From IMG/VR virus record IMGVR_UViG_3300037507_005588, positions 25,823 to 89,822 of that record: a stretch of DNA of 64,000 nucleotides; one strand, given 5' to 3'. Shown here in pieces: positions 28,761 through 36,510 of the stretch. Under the pieces are notes generated by a model. The model searched no databases, was not told the DNA's origin, and saw only the letters and a list, made by a program, of their open reading frames with translations. The stretch is from a virus. The stretch's first letter is position 1. Each line of letters begins with the position of its first letter. A program made the position numbers and the translations under genes.

Positions 28761-29045
28761 ATGAATACAATAGAAGATATTGAAAAAGTAGTTAGTGGAT
28801 TCTTGATGAAGAATCACAACGAACTTGGTTTGGGTGAATTTGATTTTGTCTACAACGAAGAAGTTATGGAACACGTTCACAGTATTTGTGTGAGCATTTT
28901 GTGTACCAAACATGGTATCGGTTACCCTGGCGGAGGGTTCGTTCAAGCAGTTGTCAACAACGACTTGATGGGAGCTTTCGGTCGGGCGGACAGTATCAAC
29001 AAAAAGTACATCGGTCTATACGTAAAACTTTTATACAATTATTAA
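28761..29045 (+). CDS. Hypothetical protein
   Basis: PGGGFVQAVVNNDLMGAFGRAD motif. Confidence 0.55.
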   Translation: MNTIEDIEKVVSGFLMKNHNELGLGEFDFVYNEEVMEHVHSICVSILCTKHGIGYPGGGFVQAVVNNDLMGAFGRADSINKKYIGLYVKLLYNY

Positions 29046-29272
29046 CAAAGTTCTGTCGCTCCACGGAGAGGAAACTCAGGACATCTCAGCTTAAGGTGGG
29101 AGATATAAGGATTACAACTTATAATGGTCAGTTATAAGTCCACATCATTATATCATAATTACCACCGAGGATGCAACCCAAAATAGTCCATGACGGTGAG
29201 CTGGTCGGACAAGGTGGGGGCCAAAAGATTAATGACAGATTAAATACAGAATCCTGGTTATACTTTGTTGAT
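29041..29272 (+). ncRNA. rnpB: RNase P RNA, miniaturised type-A-like
   Basis: GAGGAAACTCAGGAC / ACAGAATCCTGGTTA conserved regions forming P4 with bulged U; P1, P2, P5, P6, P7, P15-P17 all pair. Confidence 0.85.
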
Positions 29273-29277
29273 TAAAC

Positions 29278-29349
29278 GCCCCCTTAGGCTAATGGATAAA
29301 CCACTTCACTACGGATGAAGTTTTGGGAGTTCGAATCTCTCAGGGGGTA
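29278..29349 (+). tRNA. tRNA-Arg(ACG)
   Basis: CTTCA-CTACGGA-TGAAG. Confidence 0.92.
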
Positions 29350-29404
29350 CTGAAAAAAAGATTTGGATATTTATAAAATCTTTCTTATCTTTGTACTATC
29401 AAAT

Positions 29405-29476
29405 GGCCCGGTCGTCTATCGGTCAGGACACGTCCCTTTCACGGATGAAAGCGGGGTTCGATTCCCCGTCGGGCTA
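29405..29476 (+). tRNA. tRNA-Glu(TTC)
   Basis: CGTCC-CTTTCAC-GGATG. Confidence 0.95.
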
Positions 29477-29482
29477 CAACAT

Positions 29483-29554
29483 CGCGGGGTAGAGCAGTGG
29501 TAGCTTACGAGGCTCATAACCTCGGGGTCGGAGGTTCGAATCCTCCCCCCGCAA
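29483..29554 (+). tRNA. tRNA-fMet(CAT), initiator-like
   Basis: CGCGGGG start with C1:A72 mismatch; CGAGG-CTCATAA-CCTCG. Confidence 0.9.
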
Positions 29555-29558
29555 CAAA

Positions 29559-29618
29559 GTAGACCTTCAAAAGGGCCCTTCCGTCTCTGCGTGAGCGGCT
29601 TGCTGGGCCCGGGTCTAC
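29559..29618 (+). ncRNA. GC-rich rod-like hairpin RNA between tRNAs
   Basis: GTAGACC/GGTCTAC, GGGCCC/GGGCCC, CCG/CGG, CTC/GAG nested stems. Confidence 0.45.
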
Positions 29619-29628
29619 CTCTTTTTAA

Positions 29629-29701
29629 GCGAAAGTAGCTCAGTTGGTAGAGCATGACCTTGCCAAGGTCAGGGTCGCCGGTTCGAATCCGGTCTTTCGC
29701 T
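29629..29701 (+). tRNA. tRNA-Gly(GCC)
   Basis: TGACC-TTGCCAA-GGTCA. Confidence 0.95.
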
Positions 29702-29706
29702 CGAAT

Positions 29707-29780
29707 AGTTGAGTAGCTCAGTGGTAGAGCAATCCCATTTATGGGATGTGACGCGATAGGTTCGATTCCTGCCTCAACTA
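29707..29780 (+). ncRNA. tRNA-like RNA with collapsed anticodon loop
   Basis: AGTTGAG/CTCAACT acceptor, canonical D and T arms, anticodon arm ATCCCA-TTTA-TGGGAT. Confidence 0.7.
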
Positions 29781-29795
29781 CAAACCTATTTCATA

Positions 29796-30347
29796 ATGTC
29801 AAACTTATGTGAAAATATTATCTACTATGATAATTTTCGAGTCATACCAAATGTAATTAATGAACAAGAAGTTCAAGAACTATTAAAATATTGGAATGGT
29901 ATAACAATAGGTGTTTCGGTAAATATTAATAGATGGGATGTACACTCAACTACAAAAACAAAGATACAAGCATCCAACCGTAATGTAGAAATTATTGGTA
30001 TTCCGAATAACAAATTTGTTTTTTTAACTGAAAAACTTATTGAATGTTTTTCGTGTTTTATTGAAGACCCATCTTTAGAATCTCCACACTATTTCACTTA
30101 TTATCCTGTTGGGGGTAAACACTCCAAACACAGAGATTCGGGACCTGAATTCAATCGGGACTTGGTCCTGACACTTTTTTTGAATGATGATTTCCAAGGA
30201 GGAGAATTGATAATCAATGGAGAAACTGCCCCTGTTAAAAAATATTCAGCAATTATTTACGATGGAAATTTGTTTCATGAGGTAAAAAGTGTTACCTTTG
30301 GTGAAAGATTTGTAATAACTGAATGTGCTGGTAAAAAATTGAAATAA
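29796..30347 (+). CDS. 2OG-Fe(II) oxygenase
   Basis: HSKHRD, LFLNDDFQGGEL, FHEVKSVTFGER. Confidence 0.85.
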   Translation: MSNLCENIIYYDNFRVIPNVINEQEVQELLKYWNGITIGVSVNINRWDVHSTTKTKIQASNRNVEIIGIPNNKFVFLTEKLIECFSCFIEDPSLESPHYFTYYPVGGKHSKHRDSGPEFNRDLVLTLFLNDDFQGGELIINGETAPVKKYSAIIYDGNLFHEVKSVTFGERFVITECAGKKLK

Positions 30348-30571
30348 TGAAAGCAATCTTAGAATTTAACCTACCTGAAGACGACCACGAATTCCAAATG
30401 GCAACTGGTGGTTCTAAATTCCATTCCGTTCTTTGGGATATGGACCAATATCTTCGAGGTAAAATTAAATACGCTCCTGATAATATGAGTGATGAAGAAC
30501 TCAATGCTTTGGAACAATGTCGTAGTCAACTCCACGAGTTTATGGCAAGTTATAATGTTTCATTTGACTAA
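30347..30571 (+). CDS. Conserved small phage protein
   Basis: MKAILEFNLPEDD...LWDMDQYLR. Confidence 0.6.
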   Translation: MKAILEFNLPEDDHEFQMATGGSKFHSVLWDMDQYLRGKIKYAPDNMSDEELNALEQCRSQLHEFMASYNVSFD

Positions 30572-30601
30572 GGAGATATCTATAGTATAATTGAAACACA
30601 T

Positions 30602-30674
30602 AGGGATGTAGCGCAGATGGTAGCGCACCTGGTTTGGGACCAGGGGGTCGCAGGTTCGAGCCCTGTCATCCCTA
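30602..30674 (+). tRNA. tRNA-Pro(TGG)
   Basis: CCTGG-TTTGGGA-CCAGG. Confidence 0.95.
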
Positions 30675-30865
30675 CAAAATTTTAATCCTATGCCGTTTGT
30701 AATATTAAAAGAAACCACAATGATGAACCAAAAGGTAACGATTTTGGTCAATGACAGTGAAGGTATTCCGATGGAATTTGAGACCTTCGAACAAGCGGAA
30801 AAAATTGCCAAGTTGTTCGAATCCAATTCTTTGTTGGGAAATAAGTATACCGTCAAACAAATATC

Positions 30866-31141
30866 ATGAAAACTTGGTTGAAAGACAACGGTCCCGCTTT
30901 TTTGATTTTTTTAGGAATCATATGTTTATCTCTTTTGTTAATTTCCCTATCATCTTGTGACAGACCTACGAAAGATAATGGTGTAATAGTCCAATGTGTT
31001 GTTGATAGTAGCTGGACGATTGGACCTGATGAAAACAATGTGAAATTTATCCGAACTCAGTGTGGACAAACTGTAATGATGGATGGTATGGGAAACTATA
31101 AAATTGGTGATACTCTTATCTATGTCTACAAAGGAAATTGA
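30866..31141 (+). CDS. Putative lipoprotein
   Basis: Hydrophobic signal ending in lipobox LSSC. Confidence 0.55.
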   Translation: MKTWLKDNGPAFLIFLGIICLSLLLISLSSCDRPTKDNGVIVQCVVDSSWTIGPDENNVKFIRTQCGQTVMMDGMGNYKIGDTLIYVYKGN

Positions 31142-31363
31142 TTTCAGTAAACAAAAATACAATAAGTTTGTTGGCGTTTCCCCCGAGGGAATGGTTTTGG
31201 TACCTTATGAGGTCTTGGAAATGTTGAAAGACTTTGATGTTTGGAAAGAATTCAAATATGCTGATAAAGATTGGATTGTTGAAAAATCTGCAGAAATTTT
31301 TTCAACAAGAGAACAAGTTTAGTTTGAAATTAATATTATTTGATATATATTTGTACAGTTATT

Positions 31364-31436
31364 GCCTCCATAGCTCAGCTGGTAGAGCCACTGATTTGTA
31401 ATCAGTAGGTCGTTGGTTCGAATCCGACTGGAGGCT
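31364..31436 (+). tRNA. tRNA-Thr(TGT)
   Basis: ACTGA-TTTGTAA-TCAGT. Confidence 0.95.
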
Positions 31437-31765
31437 CAGAATTTTCTAAATTTAATTAAATGAGTAAACTCAATTTGCAAAATCTTCCGTTGGATGACGA
31501 AGACAAAGGTCCGAAACCTCGTCAAGTTAAAAAACAAACGAAGGCACCAAAATTGACCGATAAAACAAAGAAGGGTAAAAATAAGTAATCATGGATTCCT
31601 CTGAAGATATTCACAACCAAATTATTGCCAAGGGCAATACAAGCGAATTGGTTGATATCTTACAAGATTTACCCAATTCCAAAGAACGAATATCAAAACC
31701 TGAGTTGTTTGTATGTCCATGGGATAATCAACATGGTGACACAACTTACTTCCGTTAATCTTTAT

Positions 31766-31841
31766 AGACGGATAGCTCAGGGGTGAGAGCAGGATGCTTA
31801 TACCATCAAGGTCTTGGGTTCGATTCCCATTCCGTCTACCA
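31766..31841 (+). tRNA. tRNA-Ile(TAT)
   Basis: AGACGGA/TCCGTCT-A-CCA; GATG-CTTATAC-CATC. Confidence 0.85.
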
Positions 31842-31885
31842 ATATGTAATTTTGTAATTTAACAAACTTTTTGTATCTTTGTCTA

Positions 31886-32458
31886 ATGGAACATAAAAAA
31901 CTTTCTTTTTGGGGAAAACTTCGGTTGTTTTGGCAATTCGAATATCGTTACTATCCACAGAACTTTGTGCGTGGTATCAAAAACCTAATCAAATGGGGTC
32001 CAGTAATTTGGAAGGACCGTGATTGGGATGATACATTTTTGTTCGAGATAATCAAGTTCAAACTATCTAATATGTCCGAGTCCCACGGTAAAACTATGCC
32101 ATACGTGGGTTACGAACGTAACGTGGAAATCATGAACACAATTGTCAGACTTATTGAAAAGTTTCAGTCAGAACATTATCTCCACGAGTATTTTTCCTAC
32201 GTTGATGATGAATATACATTCGTAAAGATTGAAGGAAGTGATGACTATGAGATGAAAATCAAAAATCTTCGTGACGATTTGGACGAGTATTTTACCAAAT
32301 ACCCCTTGTTGAAAAATAGAGCAACAAAACATAAGATTTACCAAAGTAATCCAAGTTCAGTACGTTTGGCAATGGCAATGGGATTTGTGCAGCACGAACG
32401 GGCAAAAGGCCTTATCTTTGAACTTCTAAATCGTCACGTTGACAAGTGGTGGGAATAA
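31886..32458 (+). CDS. Conserved phage hypothetical protein
   Basis: VIWKDRDWD...KFKL; ends KWWE; TATCTTTG 31874-31881. Confidence 0.65.
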   Translation: MEHKKLSFWGKLRLFWQFEYRYYPQNFVRGIKNLIKWGPVIWKDRDWDDTFLFEIIKFKLSNMSESHGKTMPYVGYERNVEIMNTIVRLIEKFQSEHYLHEYFSYVDDEYTFVKIEGSDDYEMKIKNLRDDLDEYFTKYPLLKNRATKHKIYQSNPSSVRLAMAMGFVQHERAKGLIFELLNRHVDKWWE

Positions 32459-32466
32459 ACAAATAA

Positions 32467-32539
<73 letters not shown>

Positions 32540-32558
32540 CAAATTTTTAATTTATAAA

Positions 32559-32744
32559 ATGAAACCTGTTATCTATCGTCCAAAATCAGACCGTGTGTTT
32601 GGTGGTGTGTGTAGTGGTTTGGCATACCACTATAACATTAATCCTCTAATATCCAGGGTAATCTTCTTCGGCTTGATTTTCACGCCATTCCCAATTATAT
32701 TAATTTACTTTTTATTTTGGATGTTTATTCCATCAGGAGAGTAA
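32559..32744 (+). CDS. pspC: PspC domain protein
   Basis: YRPKSDRVFGGVCSGLAYHYNINP..SR...IYFLFWMFIP. Confidence 0.85.
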   Translation: MKPVIYRPKSDRVFGGVCSGLAYHYNINPLISRVIFFGLIFTPFPIILIYFLFWMFIPSGE

Positions 32745-32749
32745 ATTTT

Positions 32750-32822
32750 GCGGAAGTAGCTCAGTTGGTAGAGCTATAGCCTTCCAAGCTATAGGTCGCG
32801 GGTTCGAGTCCCGTCTTCCGCT
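32750..32822 (+). tRNA. tRNA-Gly(TCC)
   Basis: ATAGC-CTTCCAA-GCTAT. Confidence 0.95.
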
Positions 32823-32826
32823 CAAA

Positions 32827-33051
32827 ATGATGAAGAGACTATCTATATATCGTCACTTGGCGAAAACTGTTTCTTATAGGATTTTAGGTACAATAACAAC
32901 AATTTCAGTTGCATATTTTTTTGGTGCAAGTGTAGAATTAGCTTCCATGTTAGGTTTGGGTGAATTGTTATTCAAACCAATTTTGTATTTTATTCACGAA
33001 AGAATATGGTACAAAATACCTTTTGGTATAAAAAATGAAACAAAAGACTGA
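32827..33051 (+). CDS. DUF2061 membrane protein
   Basis: RHLAKTVSYRILGT...LYFIHERIW. Confidence 0.8.
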   Translation: MMKRLSIYRHLAKTVSYRILGTITTISVAYFFGASVELASMLGLGELLFKPILYFIHERIWYKIPFGIKNETKD

Positions 33052-33085
33052 TAAAGCTTAGTCTTTTTGTATTTATTAAAGTATT

Positions 33086-33712
33086 ATGGATTGGATTTCC
33101 CTTATTCAGACTGTCATTACCGCGATTACATCTGTAATCATAGCACTAATTGGTGCTGGGTATTTCAAAAAAATGCAGGATAAAAAGGATGAGAAAAAAA
33201 GTCGCGAAAAATTGGTAGAACAAATCCAAAAAGATGAAGTGATTCACTTTACTCTCAGAGAAATAAGAAGAAGATTTAATTCAGATAGAATTTACGTAAT
33301 TCAATTTCACAACGGAGGATATTTTTACAGTAAAAATCCAATGCAGAAAGCTTCGGTGACATATGAAAGAAATTCAGACGGATTAGAAAGAGTTGGAGAT
33401 AAATTTCAAAATATTTTAGTTTCAAATTACACTTGGTATTTGGGACAGATGATGTCCAGTAGAATGTTCTATGTAGATTTGGATAATCAAATGGAAGACT
33501 TACCAACGATGAGTCTTTTGAAAAATTATGGAAATTATGCTCACGTTGCAGTCCCTATTTATGATGAAAGTAAAAACTTGATAGCCACATTAGCCTTAAG
33601 TTGGGTATTCTCTGAAATACCAACATCTATTATTAAGGACAATAACTTTTCAGATGAATTCAAAGAAGAGTTATATAATGATGCGAACTCATTAAGAAAC
33701 TATTTGGTATGA
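33086..33712 (+). CDS. Putative holin-like protein (N-terminal TM + GAF-like domain)
   Basis: Single N-terminal TM; DRIYVIQFHNG, SVTYE, AVPIYD...IATL. Confidence 0.55.
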   Translation: MDWISLIQTVITAITSVIIALIGAGYFKKMQDKKDEKKSREKLVEQIQKDEVIHFTLREIRRRFNSDRIYVIQFHNGGYFYSKNPMQKASVTYERNSDGLERVGDKFQNILVSNYTWYLGQMMSSRMFYVDLDNQMEDLPTMSLLKNYGNYAHVAVPIYDESKNLIATLALSWVFSEIPTSIIKDNNFSDEFKEELYNDANSLRNYLV

Positions 33713-33987
33713 TTGATTTTTGGGATATAGATTTCGATGATGAAACAATAGTCGAAGAAAATTTTATTGAAGGTTTATTGAAACTCGGTTTTGTCAAAAG
33801 AAATCCAAACATTTACACAAAAGAAATTGTGAACTTACATGGAGATTTAGTTGAAGATGGTGTTTTTATTGACCTTGAAAGTTCGATTTTGATTTTTACT
33901 CCTGAGCCAAAAAATCATGTTAAAATAAAAATTGGAGACAGGGACATTAACAGGGTTGATAAATTTATCCGAAACAATGTTATTTGA
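33709..33987 (+). CDS. Hypothetical protein
   Basis: ORF coupled by ATGA overlap. Confidence 0.5.
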   Translation: MIDFWDIDFDDETIVEENFIEGLLKLGFVKRNPNIYTKEIVNLHGDLVEDGVFIDLESSILIFTPEPKNHVKIKIGDRDINRVDKFIRNNVI

Positions 33988-33999
33988 TATTTATAATTT

Positions 34000-34677
34000 A
34001 TGAATATATCATACCCACTACAAGGAAAGAGTTTTGAAAAGACCTCTGACTTCGGTCCGAGATGGGGTCGACAACACAAAGGTATTGATTTGGCTGCCGA
34101 CCCTGGCACAAGAGTAGTTGCCGTTGCAGATGGAGAAATTGTCAAAGCCGGTAACTTCAATGATGGTTTTGGTGGTCAAGTTCTTATAAAACACGTTACC
34201 GAAGATGGTAAAGTTTTTTATACAAGATATGCTCACCTAAATAAGTGGTATGCTCGCGAAAATGAAAAAATTACCAAAGGTAAAAAAATTGGCGAATCTG
34301 GTGGTGAAAAAGGACATCCCAATGCAGGACGTAGTGAAGGACCACATCTGCATTTTGAACTCTTGGATGGTGGATTAGTTGCAAAGGACCCTGAACCATA
34401 TCTTAAAGGTGCTGCTATTGGAGCTTTGGCGACAGCGGCAGTATTAACAAAAGATGGTGGAGAGAGTAAAAGTGGGAATAAAGAAACAACCTATACACCT
34501 GGAAAATATGGTGAATTACAAAAGGACGGTAATAACTTGGTGGATAAAATTATGAAAACTGCGTTGAAAGTTATCACACCAGCCGCCGCTGTTACATCTT
34601 TGAAAGGGTTATCTGAACCAAAGGAGGAAGATAAAAAATTAAATGAAGAAATTTCTCGTATAAAACAATTATTATAA
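34000..34677 (+). CDS. M23 family peptidase
   Basis: HKGIDL, YAHL, GPHLHFE. Confidence 0.9.
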   Translation: MNISYPLQGKSFEKTSDFGPRWGRQHKGIDLAADPGTRVVAVADGEIVKAGNFNDGFGGQVLIKHVTEDGKVFYTRYAHLNKWYARENEKITKGKKIGESGGEKGHPNAGRSEGPHLHFELLDGGLVAKDPEPYLKGAAIGALATAAVLTKDGGESKSGNKETTYTPGKYGELQKDGNNLVDKIMKTALKVITPAAAVTSLKGLSEPKEEDKKLNEEISRIKQLL

Positions 34678-34693
34678 CGATATATTTATAGAC

Positions 34694-34996
34694 ATGGATG
34701 ACATTAAAAGATTACTCAGAGAGAGTTTAGTACAACACCTCAAGGAAGCCGAGGGTAAGAAAAAAGAAGACGTTATGGTACCTCAGGGATGTTTTGGTGG
34801 ACCTAAACATGGTTTGGGTGCGTTAGTAAACATCGTAGAATTACTCATGAGAGAGAAAGATAGTGAGGGTACGAAAGCCGTTGATGATTTGAAACAATTT
34901 TTGAAAGGAACATCTAAGGTTGACCCGAAAGTTGTTGTTCAGATTTTAAGGAAACACAACAAACCACAATTTATAAGTTTTACAGGATGTTTGTAA
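34694..34996 (+). CDS. Hypothetical protein
   Basis: TATTTATA 34683-34690; IKRLLRESL motif. Confidence 0.6.
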   Translation: MDDIKRLLRESLVQHLKEAEGKKKEDVMVPQGCFGGPKHGLGALVNIVELLMREKDSEGTKAVDDLKQFLKGTSKVDPKVVVQILRKHNKPQFISFTGCL

Positions 34997-35003
34997 AATA
35001 AAA

Positions 35004-35032
35004 AACCCCTCCCGAAAGAGGGGTTCTTTTTT
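35004..35032. terminator. Bidirectional terminator
   Basis: AACCCCTC-CCGAAA-GAGGGGTT with A and T runs. Confidence 0.75.
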
Positions 35033-35443
35033 TGGTGGAGGTGGCGGGAATCGAACCCGCGTCTTGCTCAGTCTACCCATAAAGGACTACATGCTTAGGT
35101 CAGGGTTTTTCACACCCTCCGAACTATTTGGTTTCTATTTTACCATCGTCACCAACAACTGTGGGGTGTTCACTCAAATCGGTAGAACACCAAACGTTAC
35201 CTCCATTCCTTTTTGGGTAGAAACCACACCGTAGGGACTTCTGTTTCCAGGTTATATGTCCATCGACCCATTGTCACTATAGCCTTAGGCTACAGTAACT
35301 TCCTCAGCTTGGATAAGACCCAAAGCCTCGAGAGTTGCGAAAGTTTCGCCGTTTGATTGTTGCATCCATAGATTAAGGTGATAGGAAACATCTCACCGCA
35401 TGCCCCGTATGACTAACTCTGCCAATCAATACCGGTCACCCCC
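35033..35443 (-). ncRNA. ssrA: tmRNA; tag GETFATLEALGLIQAEEVTVA* at 35285-35350
   Basis: GGGGGTG/CACCTCC-A-CCA with G3.U70; T-arm GCGGG-TTCGATT-CCCGC; tag ORF ending GCC TAA. Confidence 0.92.
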
Positions 35444-35516
35444 ATAATTCAAAGAACAATACAAATATAAATACTTTTTTTCGAATCACAAAGTATTTAT
35501 ATGTAAAATATTTCAA

Positions 35517-36059
35517 ATGAAAAAAGTTATTAGACTAACTGAATCTGATTTAGAAAAGATTGTAAGAAGAATAATTCAAGAACAGCCAGCCCCTGAGAAA
35601 GAGGCTAGAAAAATTACAAACGGTTGGATGGTACCGACAGTTCAAGACCTTGAACTAAGTGCAAAAAAGGTATTTGGTGAGTTAAGTGGTCAGATTCCAG
35701 GCCAAAAGACCCCCACTTTTACTGAATTTATTAAGAGAGACGCTTTGGATAAGGTTGAATTACAAAAATTAGTTAACGGGGCAATCAATATGGCGTATCA
35801 AAGAGTGAGAGTAAAAAAATTACCTTTATACCAATTGAGTGATTTCTACACAAAAGCTTGTAACGCAGGTCAGGCATTTTGTTACAGTTACACTGAAGGT
35901 AATGAACTTGAAAAAAACCAAGCATTAGAGGTTGGTCAACGTAAGGCATATGGTCAAGCACAGAACGCAACATTTGAAATGTTGAAAAAGTTAGGTAATA
36001 CTAATACAGTCCAAGACTTGAATATAGGTGGAGAATCTGTAGGGGCATTAGTATTCTAA
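35517..36059 (+). CDS. Putative head internal protein
   Basis: MKKVIRLTESDLEKIVRRIIQE N-terminal motif; TATTTATA 35494-35501. Confidence 0.6.
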   Translation: MKKVIRLTESDLEKIVRRIIQEQPAPEKEARKITNGWMVPTVQDLELSAKKVFGELSGQIPGQKTPTFTEFIKRDALDKVELQKLVNGAINMAYQRVRVKKLPLYQLSDFYTKACNAGQAFCYSYTEGNELEKNQALEVGQRKAYGQAQNATFEMLKKLGNTNTVQDLNIGGESVGALVF

Positions 36060-36109
36060 AAATACTTGTTATGTAAAATGTAAAAGGGGGGGTATATTAC
36101 CCCCTTTTT

Positions 36110-36430
36110 TTATTCCACTGTCTCTTCGAGTAATTGTTTGTATCGGTCGGACTCCAAGAATTCAGAATATCGACTTACATGTTGTTTTTTGGGGTAGATG
36201 ATAATTGGTGCGGGGAATTCGACAGGAACTCCTACCATTTTACGACCTTTCTGATGGAAGACGTACAGTACGTCTTTGACCAAGAACATCTCCGAAGATT
36301 GTTCCATTGCGTATGAAACCCATTGTTCGTCTTCTCGAGATTCAACCATGATGAATGTGGTGTCAGATGTTTTTTGTGCGAAGACACTCGCTCCTGCGAG
36401 GGTCATCAGTAAGAATAGTGCCTTTTTCAT
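36110..36430 (-). CDS. Secreted hypothetical protein
   Basis: Signal peptide MKKALFLLMTLAGASVFAQ; TATATTTG 4 nt upstream. Confidence 0.6.
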   Translation of the reverse strand: MKKALFLLMTLAGASVFAQKTSDTTFIMVESREDEQWVSYAMEQSSEMFLVKDVLYVFHQKGRKMVGVPVEFPAPIIIYPKKQHVSRYSEFLESDRYKQLLEETVE

Positions 36431-36510
36431 ACTTCAAATATACAATACATTTTTCAATTTTACAAATAGTGGAGACATAAATTGGGTTTTTCCAAGTATT
36501 TATTTGAGGT

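Noticed and set aside
29731-29746. Ochre suppressor (TTA anticodon)
   Set aside because: The loop is 4-6 nt, not 7, and TAA is the main stop codon here.
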